From Gammaproteobacteria bacterium (GTDB taxonomy: Bacteria; Pseudomonadota; Gammaproteobacteria; JBCCGL01): a stretch of DNA of 64,000 nucleotides. Both the position numbers and the translations under genes were made by a program. Below are positions 19,869 to 29,554 of the stretch, in pieces (the stretch's first letter is position 1; the number at the start of each line of letters is the position of its first letter). Where the stretch lies: assembly GCA_965277715.1 (NCBI GenBank), contig OZ255836.1:3776001-3840000 (forward strand), in the 5' to 3' direction. The notes below the pieces were generated by a model. That model did no database searches. It saw only the letters and a list, made by a program, of their open reading frames with translations, and was not told the DNA's origin.

Positions 19869-21292
19869 GTTAAATTCAACTCATTGATTTTTCGGCTTAA
19901 GGTATTCCTGCCCCAGCCAATTAATTTAGCGGCGTTTTGCCGGTTGTTGTGGGTTTTTTGCAAAGCGCACTCGATCAGTGTTTTTTCAAAGATCGGTAGT
20001 GCTTCGGCGAGCAGGGGCGTGTCATCTCTGGCAATCGCTCGTTTTAACCAACACTGCAGTGGGTATTGCCAGCTTTCATCATCGGTATTGCCCACTGCCT
20101 GGTGAAGCTCTTCTGGTAGGTCGCTAATGTTAATGCTATCCCCCAGTGCCATTGCCGTCAGCCATCGACACAGGTTTTCCAGTTGCCGGACGTTCCCTGG
20201 CCACGGCAGTGTCTGCAGGTGAGAGACCATTTCACTGTTTGCCTGCTTGGGTTCGGTATTTAACTCACTGGCAGCCTGTGTGAGAAAAAAATTCAACAGG
20301 GCGGGAATATCTTCGCGGCGTTCGCGCAGTGGCGGTACGTTGATACGGATAACATTGAGCCGGTGGTATAAATCCTCACGAAACTGCTGCCGGGAAACGC
20401 GTGCTTCCAGGTCGCGATGTGTGGCGGCGATAATACGCACATCCACGGTTACCGGGGTGTGCCCACCCACACGGTAAAATTGACCCTCGGCGAGTACCCG
20501 CAGCAATCGGGTTTGTAGGTTCTCGGACATATCACCGATTTCATCGAGAAACAACGTGCCGCCGTTGGCTTGCTCAAAACGTCCGTGGCGCATTGCGTGC
20601 GCGCCGGTAAACGCCCCTTTTTCGTGGCCAAATAATTCGGATTCGATTAAATCGTGGGGGATAGCGGCGACATTCAGTGCGATAAAGGACTGTTGCGCAC
20701 GCGGGCTATGGCGGTGTAGTGCACGCGCAATAAGTTCTTTACCGACACCGGATTCGCCATTGATCAACACGGTCATCGTGGTGCGTGTAAGCCGCCCGAT
20801 AGCGCGGAAAACCTGCTGCATGGCCGGTGCCTCACCAATCAGTTCGGGGGGGTTGGTGTGTGTTGCGCCTGAATTTTTCGCCAAGAGGGTTTTTGCTGTA
20901 CCCGGTGGTGTGGATTGGGCTGTGTGCCACTCGCAGGCTCTGGCGCTGACACTGAGCACGGCATCGATATCAAACGGTTTTGGTAAATACTCGAAAGCAC
21001 CACCCTGGTAGGCCGAGACAGCACTGTCGAGATCGGCGTGTGCGGTGATAATAATTACTGGAATATCCGGGTAGCGCTGGCGAAATGCATCCAGAAACAC
21101 CAACCCGGATTCACCGGGCATACGAATATCGCTGATGATCGCCTGTGGTGGTGGCGATTCTGCCATTGCCAGCCGTGCGCTGTGGGTGTCGGCAAAGCAG
21201 CGCACCTGGTATTGTGCCTTTTGCAGCGCCCGTTGCAACACCCAGCGGATAGAATCGTCGTCGTCGATAACCCAAATTAAATAATGGGGCAT
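19865..21292 (-). CDS. glnG: Nitrogen regulator NtrC
   Basis: REC domain DIRMP, GESGVGKE, GAFTGA, HTH GWGRNTL. Confidence 0.95.
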   Translation of the reverse strand: MPHYLIWVIDDDDSIRWVLQRALQKAQYQVRCFADTHSARLAMAESPPPQAIISDIRMPGESGLVFLDAFRQRYPDIPVIIITAHADLDSAVSAYQGGAFEYLPKPFDIDAVLSVSARACEWHTAQSTPPGTAKTLLAKNSGATHTNPPELIGEAPAMQQVFRAIGRLTRTTMTVLINGESGVGKELIARALHRHSPRAQQSFIALNVAAIPHDLIESELFGHEKGAFTGAHAMRHGRFEQANGGTLFLDEIGDMSENLQTRLLRVLAEGQFYRVGGHTPVTVDVRIIAATHRDLEARVSRQQFREDLYHRLNVIRINVPPLRERREDIPALLNFFLTQAASELNTEPKQANSEMVSHLQTLPWPGNVRQLENLCRWLTAMALGDSINISDLPEELHQAVGNTDDESWQYPLQCWLKRAIARDDTPLLAEALPIFEKTLIECALQKTHNNRQNAAKLIGWGRNTLSRKINELNLT

Positions 21293-22419
21293 TATGGCAC
21301 CTGGTCACTATCTGACAGTGGTAGATAAACGGTAAAAACAGTGCGGCCCGGTTCGTTTACCGCTTCTATCAAACCGTTTAACTGGCCAGCCAGGCGCTGT
21401 GCAATAGAGAGTCCCAGGCCGTTACCGCCATTGCGTGCGCTGACCATCGGGTAAAACAATGTGGCATAAACGGATGCGGGAATGCCTGGGCCATCGTCGA
21501 TAATATGTACAGCGGCCACGAGTTTGTGCATTACCGAGCGGATGGTAAAGGCCCGCTGTATACGGGTTTTAAAGGTGATGGTACCCTCCTCACCGATCGC
21601 CTGTACGGCGTTGCGTGTAATATTTAAAAAGAGTTGCACCAGCCAGTCCCGCTCTGCCCATAGATGCGGGATACTGGGGTCGTAATCGGCCTGAAATATA
21701 ATGCTGTTATCGGTTTCTGCGCAGACCAGTGTTTTAACATATTCAAGTGTTTCATGGATATTGACTTCACTGCGTTGCGCCCACGTGCCAGGCCCTAATA
21801 GCCGGTCGAGCAATGCCTGTAAGCGATCAGCTTCGCCGACGATAATACGTGTGTACTCCAGTAGTGCTTTGTCTGGCAGCTCACTTTCCAGTAGCTGTGC
21901 GGCGCCGCGCAAGCCACCCAGTGGGTTTCTAATCTCGTGAGCCAGTTCGTGTAATAGTGTGTCAGATGCCTGTTGTTGAACCAACAGCGCCTGCTCACGG
22001 CTCAGGCGGGCGTGGTGCCCGCTATCCGTCAGTTCAAACAGTGCCCATTGGCGGTTATTACCTGTGTAATCATCCGGGTAATTATCTGGATTTATGGCAT
22101 TACCTGGGCCATAGGTCACTGAACAATCGATCAATAACTCCCGCCGGTCATGCGGTAGTGTTACACGAACCTCGCGTTCAACATAGCACTGTGATGTGCC
22201 CATGTGGTGCATCAATCGGGTTTCAAATGCCGTGGGAAAACGCAGATAGTCGAATAGCGGCACACCCCGTAATTTATTGTCACTGGCTGAAACCAATTGT
22301 TCGGCTGCACTATTGGCGAACGTAATACGCAACTGCCCGTCAGCCAGGAATACCGCCGTATTCATGTTGTTAAGTAGCTGATCAGTGGGAAACGGTATGT
22401 GTGCACTAACTTGGGGCAT
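21292..22419 (-). CDS. glnL: Nitrogen sensor kinase NtrB
   Basis: PAS domain, LAHEIRNPLGGLRGAAQLL, DYDPSIP, DDGPG, GLGL; start approximate. Confidence 0.93.
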   Translation of the reverse strand: MPQVSAHIPFPTDQLLNNMNTAVFLADGQLRITFANSAAEQLVSASDNKLRGVPLFDYLRFPTAFETRLMHHMGTSQCYVEREVRVTLPHDRRELLIDCSVTYGPGNAINPDNYPDDYTGNNRQWALFELTDSGHHARLSREQALLVQQQASDTLLHELAHEIRNPLGGLRGAAQLLESELPDKALLEYTRIIVGEADRLQALLDRLLGPGTWAQRSEVNIHETLEYVKTLVCAETDNSIIFQADYDPSIPHLWAERDWLVQLFLNITRNAVQAIGEEGTITFKTRIQRAFTIRSVMHKLVAAVHIIDDGPGIPASVYATLFYPMVSARNGGNGLGLSIAQRLAGQLNGLIEAVNEPGRTVFTVYLPLSDSDQVP

Positions 22420-22446
22420 GGCGGCATTATGCACTAATAGTGTGCA
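22402..22446. promoter_or_regulatory. Two NtrC boxes at glnL / divergent cyclase promoter
   Basis: TGCACTAACTTGGGGCA (22402) and TGCACTAATAGTGTGCA (22430) fit TGCAC-N7-GTGCA. Confidence 0.7.
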
Positions 22447-22666
22447 TAGTTTGGCTCAATATGTGCGAACTGTTAATTAAATTGATTTAATGGTATTGAA
22501 CCTAAACCTGATTAATTGAATCTACTGGGTCAATCAGGTTAAAAGATCGAACAAGTGAGTAGCGTTGCGTATATTTCACACTCGATGAACTATCTCTACT
22601 GTACAATCAGTTGCATACACAGAGTACGTTTAATCCAATTTATTTGTACCAAGGGAAACAAATCAT

Positions 22667-23572
22667 ATGAGTGACGGGCAGGGGCGAAAACGGATAATAA
22701 CCACACTGATGTTTGCCGACATCTGTGCCAGTACACGCTTGTATGAAACACTGGGTGATGATCAGGCGCAGCGCAAGATCAGCGAGGCCATACAGGTTAT
22801 CCGACGGGTGATCGAGGCCTATCAGGGGCAGGTCATAAAAGAAATTGGCGATGAGGTAATGGCCACTTTTCCCGGCGCGATAGATGCGCTGAATTGTGCA
22901 ACCCAGTTCTCAGAGCCACTGGCCAGTATGGGCTTACAGCTAAAAATTGGCATACACAGTGGCGAGATGATCGAGCAGAATAACGATATGTTCGGTGATG
23001 TAGTCAACACAGCCGCACGCATTGTTTCGTTAGCCTCCCCTAAACAGATTTTACTCTCCAGCAATACGGCTATCGAATTACCTGCCGAGGTTTTATCTTC
23101 ATTGAGAAACCTGCCGCCCTTATCAGTCAAAGGAAAGTCCTCGCTCATCGAGCTTTATGAGCACATTGCGGGTGATGAAACTGACCTGACCATGGCCATT
23201 ATGGGTGAGGAGTATGATGACCTGGTGAGCCATAACGTGGATAGTTTAACGCTGCGTTGGCCACATGGCAGTATGGTACTGAATCGTGAAACGACAGAAT
23301 TAGTTATTGGCCGGGATCCCGCCCATTCCATTTGTCTGCTATCGCCAGTGGTATCGCGTAGCCATGCATGTATTGAGCGCCAGGGTGATGATTGGTATAT
23401 CAGTGATCAGAGTACCAACGGTACACTGGTGACGGAAGATGGCTATCAGCCACACCTGCTCAGGCGCGAGCGCCATCAGTTAAGAAAAGGCGGTACGCTG
23501 AACCTGACCCCGACTGACCCCGATAACAATGTCACCACGATTCACTACCAGTTAGGCGCAGAAACAGAGTAG
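22667..23572 (+). CDS. Class III adenylate/guanylate cyclase with C-terminal FHA domain
   Basis: FADICAST, KEIGDEVM, FGDVVNTAARI; FHA IGR..SRSHA..STNGT. Confidence 0.88.
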   Translation: MSDGQGRKRIITTLMFADICASTRLYETLGDDQAQRKISEAIQVIRRVIEAYQGQVIKEIGDEVMATFPGAIDALNCATQFSEPLASMGLQLKIGIHSGEMIEQNNDMFGDVVNTAARIVSLASPKQILLSSNTAIELPAEVLSSLRNLPPLSVKGKSSLIELYEHIAGDETDLTMAIMGEEYDDLVSHNVDSLTLRWPHGSMVLNRETTELVIGRDPAHSICLLSPVVSRSHACIERQGDDWYISDQSTNGTLVTEDGYQPHLLRRERHQLRKGGTLNLTPTDPDNNVTTIHYQLGAETE

Positions 23573-23601
23573 CCCCCAACGACTCGTTCCTGGCGCCTTC
23601 T

Positions 23602-24147
23602 TCAGGGCGAGCCTGCATTATTAACCCGCAATAAATGAAATTGTACGCTGTCTGCCTCGGCCAGCTTATGTCCGTCTGCGTTTTCAATATGGGCTGCCAG
23701 TGTGTGTGTGCCGCGCGGTATATTGTTCAGTGGAATATGTGTGTTAACACCGCGTGCGATCTCCCGGCCATCCAGTGTAACGACTAGCAAGGTGTTTTTA
23801 CCGTCAATTGCGGGTGCAAGCGATAAGGTGATGGTGAGGTTGCCCGCGTTATTGCGAATTGCCTGGTCGTGTTGTGGGTAGCTGAATGCCAGGGTATAAA
23901 GCGGCTCACTGGGCGGTGTTTTATTAACGGGGGCTTGCGTGTTGGCTGGGGGTGTGAATGCCGGTAGGGTGTTGATGGGGGGAAGTGCGATTTCCTCGTC
24001 ATCTTTATCCAGAGGGGCATCAGAAAATACGGTGTTACCGTCGGCATCCAGTGACTTGTAAATAGCCGAAGTGGCCGGTAATGATGTGATTGCCAAAGCC
24101 AATAAAAGGGTGGCGAGTGTTTTTCGTAATGGCATATAAAACCGCAT
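23602..24147 (-). CDS. DUF4124-domain exported protein
   Basis: Signal peptide, IYKSLDADGNTVFSDAP, Ig-like C-terminus RGTHTL; usual position downstream of glnA. Confidence 0.75.
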   Translation of the reverse strand: MRFYMPLRKTLATLLLALAITSLPATSAIYKSLDADGNTVFSDAPLDKDDEEIALPPINTLPAFTPPANTQAPVNKTPPSEPLYTLAFSYPQHDQAIRNNAGNLTITLSLAPAIDGKNTLLVVTLDGREIARGVNTHIPLNNIPRGTHTLAAHIENADGHKLAEADSVQFHLLRVNNAGSP

Positions 24148-24194
24148 ATGAAAATAATAGCGTGTTGCGATTGATTGGCCAATTGTAATATCGA

Positions 24195-24222
24195 GGTTGG
24201 GGTGCGTTACTTCACCCCAACC
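24195..24222 (-). terminator. Hairpin downstream of glnA
   Basis: GGTTGGGGTG...CACCCCAACC 10-bp stem. Confidence 0.55.
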
Positions 24223-24235
24223 GTATTAAAGCCGA

Positions 24236-25645
24236 CTACAAGCTGTAGTACATATCAAACTCGGCCGGATGGGTTGCCATGCGTATGCGGGTGACATCAT
24301 GCATTTTCAGTGCGATATAGGCATCGATCATGTCGTCGGTAAATACGCTGCCCGCCTTCAGGAAGCCACGGTCTGCATCCAGTGCTTCCAGTGCCTGATC
24401 CAGTGAATAGCACACCTGTGGGATTTGTGCCTCTTCTTCAGGGGGGAGGTCGTACAAATCCTTATCCATCGCATCGCCTGGGTGAATTTGGTTTTGAATG
24501 CCATCAAGCCCGGCCATCATCAATGAGGCAAAGGTAAAATAAGGGTTGCCGGTTGGGTCGGGGAAACGCACTTCGATGCGCCGCGCTTTAGGGCTTGCAA
24601 CCCAGGGAATACGAATCGACGCCGAGCGGTTGCACGCTGAATAAGCCAGCATCACAGGTGCTTCAAAGCCAGGCACCAGGCGCTTGTAACTATTGGTCGA
24701 GGCATTCGTAAACGCGTTGATTGCATGTGCATGTTTAATAATACCACCGATATAAAATAAAGCGGTTTCAGAGAGACCGCCATACAAATCACCCGAGAAT
24801 AGGTTTTCGCCGTTCTTTACCAGTGATTGGTGTACATGCATACCGCTGCCGTTGTCACCGACGATAGGTTTTGGCATAAAAGTGGCGGTTTTACCGTAAG
24901 CGTGCGCAACATTCTGGATCACGTATTTCATGATTTGGTTCTTATCGGCACGGCGTACCAGTGTATCGAATTTAGTGCCGATTTCGCATTGACCGGCGGT
25001 GCCCACTTCGTGGTGGTGGACCTCGACCTCGACACCCATTTCTTCCATCGTCAGGCACATTGCAGCGCGCAGATCGTGGAGTGAATCGACCGGTGGTACA
25101 GGAAAATACCCGCCTTTTACACCGGGTCGGTGGCCGGTATTGCCCTCATCGTACCGCTTGCCGGTATTCCAGGCTGCTTCGCTGGAGTCGATGCTATAAC
25201 CCGCGCCGCTGATGTCGTTGTTAAAACGCACATCATCAAATACAAAAAACTCAGGCTCCGGGCCAAAATAAGCTGCATCGGCAATACCCGTGGACTGCAA
25301 ATACGCCTCGGCGCGCTTTGCCACAGTGCGGGGGGCGCGTTCGTAGCCCTGCATGGTGCCAGGCTCGATAATGTCACAGCTAATGTTGAGCGTGGCCTCA
25401 TCGGTAAACGGGTCGAGTACGGCGGTGTCGGTATCAGGCATCAGAATCATATCGGAGGCGTTAATCCCCTTCCAACCAGCGATTGACGAGCCATCGAACA
25501 TTTTGCCGTCTTCAAATGTTGCATTGTCAACGGTACTGGCCGGAATCGATACGTGCTGTTCCTTACCAAGGGTGTCGGTAAAGCGGAAATCGACGAATTT
25601 AACATCGTGTTCCTGAAGGGTTTTAAGGACATCGTTGACGGACAT
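24236..25645 (-). CDS. glnA: Glutamine synthetase type I
   Basis: [39 protein letters not shown] adenylylation motif. Confidence 0.98.
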   Translation of the reverse strand: MSVNDVLKTLQEHDVKFVDFRFTDTLGKEQHVSIPASTVDNATFEDGKMFDGSSIAGWKGINASDMILMPDTDTAVLDPFTDEATLNISCDIIEPGTMQGYERAPRTVAKRAEAYLQSTGIADAAYFGPEPEFFVFDDVRFNNDISGAGYSIDSSEAAWNTGKRYDEGNTGHRPGVKGGYFPVPPVDSLHDLRAAMCLTMEEMGVEVEVHHHEVGTAGQCEIGTKFDTLVRRADKNQIMKYVIQNVAHAYGKTATFMPKPIVGDNGSGMHVHQSLVKNGENLFSGDLYGGLSETALFYIGGIIKHAHAINAFTNASTNSYKRLVPGFEAPVMLAYSACNRSASIRIPWVASPKARRIEVRFPDPTGNPYFTFASLMMAGLDGIQNQIHPGDAMDKDLYDLPPEEEAQIPQVCYSLDQALEALDADRGFLKAGSVFTDDMIDAYIALKMHDVTRIRMATHPAEFDMYYSL

Positions 25646-25710
25646 AAGGTGGTTAGCTCCTGTTGTTTGATTGTTTGCCGTGTGGTCTTAGGGTTTTCGC
25701 CTAGTTGTTT

Positions 25711-25727
25711 AGCATCTACCGTGCCAA
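25711..25727 (-). promoter_or_regulatory. Sigma-54 (-24/-12) promoter of glnA
   Basis: Minus strand TTGGCACGGTAGATGCT. Confidence 0.8.
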
Positions 25728-25776
25728 TATATAAATTCATATAAATCAGATAGATAGGGTGTGAGAGGTAATTGTT

Positions 25777-25824
25777 TGCACATTTTTTGTGCATTCCTGA
25801 TAAGGGGTGCACTATTATGGGGCG
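25777..25824. promoter_or_regulatory. Two NtrC enhancer boxes upstream of glnA
   Basis: TGCACATTTTTTGTGCA (25777) and TGCACTATTATGGGGCG (25808). Confidence 0.75.
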
Positions 25825-25862
25825 TGGTACTTTTAGGTTTCACTCGCTACGAGTACCTAAAC

Positions 25863-25882
25863 CCGTCAATAGAAGGTAGACG
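25863..25882 (+). repeat. 20-bp dispersed repeat, family B (copy 2)
   Basis: CCGTCAATAGAAGGTAGACG. Confidence 0.6.
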
Positions 25883-25889
25883 GTGTACT

Positions 25890-26357
25890 TGATGTGGCTA
25901 CACTAATTCGGACCTCTCACTTGAAGTAAACTGAGTTTACGCGAGGAAACGAAAATGAAAGAGAAGCAATCCTATACGGCTGATTTTAGAGAGTCAGCGG
26001 TTAAATTAGTCCTGAAAAACGACCAGCCTATAGCCGCGACCGCACGCGAACTGGAAGTAAACGAGAATACTTTGCATACCTGGATCAGCAAGTATAGCCA
26101 ACCGAAAGCGGATGGCAGTGGCCACAGCGATGAGCACTTATATGATGAACTCAAACGGTTGAAAAAAGAAAACGCGCGTTTGAAAGAGGAACGCGACCTG
26201 TTAAAAAAGGCGGCCGCGTACTTTGCCAAGGAACAGGCGTGAAGTACGCCTGGATACAGCAACATCAATCTGGCTATGGTGTTCGACCTCTTTGTCGCTT
26301 TATGGCGGTTTCCAGTAGCGGCTATTATGCGTGGTCAAAACAATGCACCACAGCACG
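25890..26357 (+). mobile_element. Truncated IS3-family element
   Basis: TG-starting end, orfA, and orfB start (GTG AAG TAC GCC TGG at 26239) cut by an IS4 IR. Confidence 0.85.
25955..26242 (+). CDS. IS3 transposase OrfA
   Basis: YTADFRESAV, HTH, LKKAAAYFAK. Confidence 0.9.
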   Translation: MKEKQSYTADFRESAVKLVLKNDQPIAATARELEVNENTLHTWISKYSQPKADGSGHSDEHLYDELKRLKKENARLKEERDLLKKAAAYFAKEQA

Positions 26358-26370
26358 CAATGGCACTAAG

Positions 26371-27466
26371 TTAAGCCGCTTTAGCTTGCCAATATTCAGT
26401 TTTTAAAACGTTCCGTGGTCGAGTCATTAATGCCTGTGGTTTAGGTCGCCTTTTTACCACTCTTGGTTCAAATCTAAAAGGTCGATGAAGCACACGATCA
26501 TCCGCAATCGCTGCATATAAATAATCAAGATATTGCCGTCTTTTTTGTGCTGGACTCTGCCCACTACCAAGTGATGAAGTGCTTTGTCGGAGTGTTTGCA
26601 AAACACCTTTAAGACTTAGCCGATCAACCGGTGTGTCATGTCGGCATGAAGCGACACACATGATGTGCCTGATCGTGTTGTAAACAATCATGTGCATGAT
26701 GATTTCCTTACGAACCATATCAGGTGTTTTACAGCGTAATATATCCATACCCATGGTGGTTTTAATATTGCGAAAATACAGTTCCACATTCCAGCGCTGT
26801 GCATAGAGGTCGATAATTTCTATAGCGGGATATTGCTGAGCATCAAGTAGTGTCGTGATGATATAAAAATGGTTCGTCCTAAATCCTTTTCGTACAATAC
26901 TGACGTGTATTTGTCGTAAAGTTAAGGTCTTTGGAAGGTCGCTATGCTGCTCTTTTGTGTAACGGGTCGCTTTTGTGTGTTTAGGTTTTTGCCATTCGAT
27001 ATGAAGGTCATTATCGGCTATCTTCTTTTTGGCCTGGGAGGCAGTGCTGGGCGTTCTCCGCGCCAATGTAACGACACTGTCAACCGTTCGTCGAGAGAGG
27101 CAGTCAATATCGTAGAAGCTGCAAAAACCTTTATCACCTAAGAAAATGTCACCTTCATTGAAGGTATCCCATTGTTCTTCTAAAAGTCTTAGCTCATGAC
27201 TTTTTTTATTTCCTAGTGCATAGCTCAGAATTAAACCGCTATAAAGATTAAAACAAGCTAAAAGCCGTGCTTGAGGAAATCCGCATCCCTGTTTTTGTGA
27301 TTTCGGTTGTGGGTAAGTTTGTTGATTCGCGGGCGTATCGGGCATGGATAGGCCTGTCCCATCGGCAACGATAACCGGTCGACCTTGGAGCGCTTTGGGT
27401 TGAGGTGGCGATAATCGACACGTCCCTGAAAATACGTTTTTAAGATCGTCCATGGGTAGTTTTTTA
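26371..27466 (-). pseudogene. IS4 transposase C-terminal part
   Basis: ADGT, GDKGF, YAQRWNVELYFRNIK (YREK motif). Confidence 0.85.
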
Positions 27467-28784
27467 GGTTCTTCCCCGATTATTGTGAAGCCACTGGTTC
27501 CCTATCCAGCTTTCCGCAGTAAAACAAAATACTCCGCCGGTAACTTTCAAACGAACGAAACCCTCTTGCATTCGATTTGACTGTCTGAATTTTTGAATTC
27601 AAACCCTCTGATACGGCATTACTTATTGTGTGCTTAAACCATGTCAATATGTTCGGCATGTGCGTTTTTATCATCTTGGCCACTTTCTTTATGCTGTCCA
27701 ATCGGCACCGAATTGCCCACGCATACCATGCGCTAAAGAAACGCTTTGCCCAACCCGCTGTCTTATACGTCCAAAAATCACGAAACAGTTCTTTTATCGC
27801 CCAGGCTCGGGCTGTCAATAACTGATCATGCTTGAGTGACTCAAAGTGCTCGGCTGCTTTGTTAGACAAATTTTCTTCATTTTTTAACCAGTGATAACGA
27901 CTCTTTTTCAATCGAGTATCACCCTGTGACAAAAGGTCTCTATGTTCGTCACGACGGACCTGATCCACCGCCTTATTCAGGTGTTGGCTAATAGGAAAAC
28001 GGTCGTGAACAATCGCACTGTCTGACAGTTTTACCTCAACGGCATTAATGAACGCAGGCCACCTATCAATAGCGACAGCTTTCACCTGTTCTCGCTGGTT
28101 ATCCGTCAGCGCAACCTCCAACGCCTCCTCACAAGCTGCCTGGGTGCGATCTTTCACTCCATCCAATACTCGCCCTCCATCGATATCATTGATGAGCGTC
28201 ACATAGTCATGCCCTTTACGGTGGGACTTCTCATCAATACCCAGGTACTCAATTGTCACCAATTCCCGACGCGAAAGTCCCCGTTCGACAGCGCGGGCTT
28301 TGATGGCTTCCACTGCGTTCCAGCTAAGTCCCAGTAACTTACGCGCCTCTTCGACGCTACGTGAGGCTTGCAACACCCTGATGGAAAATAATTCAAACAA
28401 CAACGTAAAACGACTGCGCTTGCTTGCCCAGGGTAACATCATACTTTTAACACCATGCTCCAGACAATTTACTCGGGGAATGCGACTGTGTAGGCGCGTT
28501 TCAAACTGCATAATATCCAGGTGTCTCCAGGATCGCTCTTGTGAACGGTGATCATAGAACGGACTCACTTCGCCACAGTGCGAGCAAGGGCCGTGGTTGC
28601 CGCTAAACGCCAACGAAATGGATACTTTTAACCCTGAAGGGTCTAAATCAACTGATGTCACTGACCAGTCATCTGTCAGGCATAGGAGCTGGCTGTAGTG
28701 TTCTTCAAGGCTCGATAGCACCGGAGTCTCTCAATAGCAAAGGAGGATGAAATACTATAACCTCACACAAACCGGGGAAGAACC
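27467..28784 (-). mobile_element. ISL3-family element
   Basis: IR GGTTCTTCCCCG; 8-bp TSD GTTTTTTA at 27459-27466 and 28785-28792. Confidence 0.92.
27480..28721 (-). CDS. ISL3 transposase (possibly degenerate)
   Basis: CxxC zinc finger, GIDEK, SEGLNSKIQ, RGFRS; DRFP in place of the usual DRFH. Confidence 0.85.
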   Translation of the reverse strand: MLSSLEEHYSQLLCLTDDWSVTSVDLDPSGLKVSISLAFSGNHGPCSHCGEVSPFYDHRSQERSWRHLDIMQFETRLHSRIPRVNCLEHGVKSMMLPWASKRSRFTLLFELFSIRVLQASRSVEEARKLLGLSWNAVEAIKARAVERGLSRRELVTIEYLGIDEKSHRKGHDYVTLINDIDGGRVLDGVKDRTQAACEEALEVALTDNQREQVKAVAIDRWPAFINAVEVKLSDSAIVHDRFPISQHLNKAVDQVRRDEHRDLLSQGDTRLKKSRYHWLKNEENLSNKAAEHFESLKHDQLLTARAWAIKELFRDFWTYKTAGWAKRFFSAWYAWAIRCRLDSIKKVAKMIKTHMPNILTWFKHTISNAVSEGLNSKIQTVKSNARGFRSFESYRRSILFYCGKLDREPVASQ

Positions 28785-29148
28785 GTTTTTTACGTGCTTG
28801 GCAATAGGCGGAGGTGGATGATGAAGGTATGGGAATGCCTTGGTTGTGGGCGACATTTTGCAGTTGTCTAACGACTTCTTTACAGCCACCATCGGCGTTC
28901 ATTATTTGTGAAAAAAACAACCAGAAAGTATTTTCTTTACTGAAAATACGTCGACGACTATTCACACCAAAATCATTCGGTTTAAGAATATTCGTGGGTA
29001 TAATATCGCCAAGAAAAACAGGTAGTTCACTCAGTGATTTGTGACGTATTTTTGCTATCTTATCGTGCAAGATTTGAATGGCTGAACGGGGTGTTTTGCG
29101 GAGTGTTTGGATGTTGAATCCGGGTAGAAATAAGGTTGTATTTTTCAT
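28785..29148 (-). pseudogene. IS4 transposase N-terminal part
   Basis: RRRIFS, SAYCQARKK; continues after the ISL3 TSD. Confidence 0.85.
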
Positions 29149-29271
29149 ACAAAATTATAACATTTCAGCCTTTTTTATTGGGTTTATTACAGTTATTTTT
29201 TCGTTTATTTTACCCGCTAAAACCGCTTAACTTAGTGCCATTGGTCTATCACCCTTTTTGTCATAAAAAGA

Positions 29272-29329
29272 GGTTCCTCCCCGGTTTGTGTGAGGTTATA
29301 GTATTTCATCCCCCCTTTGCTATTGAGAG
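29272..29329 (+). mobile_element. Isolated ISL3 left-end fragment (inverted copy)
   Basis: ~58 bp nearly identical to the reverse complement of 28727-28784. Confidence 0.75.
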
Positions 29330-29554
29330 CATGGGTGTACCACTAGAATCCTACCAGGAAGCTAATAACGCAATGAATAACACCTGAAAAGAGCCGCCAT
29401 AAGCTACAAATAGTATTTTTTATAAAATTTGTACTGTTTTTTTTATAAACCGATAACACGCTTTATAATTCATAAAATAAATAAAATTATCCAAAAAAAC
29501 ACTTGCATTCACCAGCAGAATTTTTTTTAAAATACCCATTTAATATCTGATTAA

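Larger units (their letters stand above)
26358..29243 (-). mobile_element. IS4-family element interrupted by ISL3
   Basis: Perfect IR CAATGGCACTAAGTTAAG at both ends. Confidence 0.9.
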
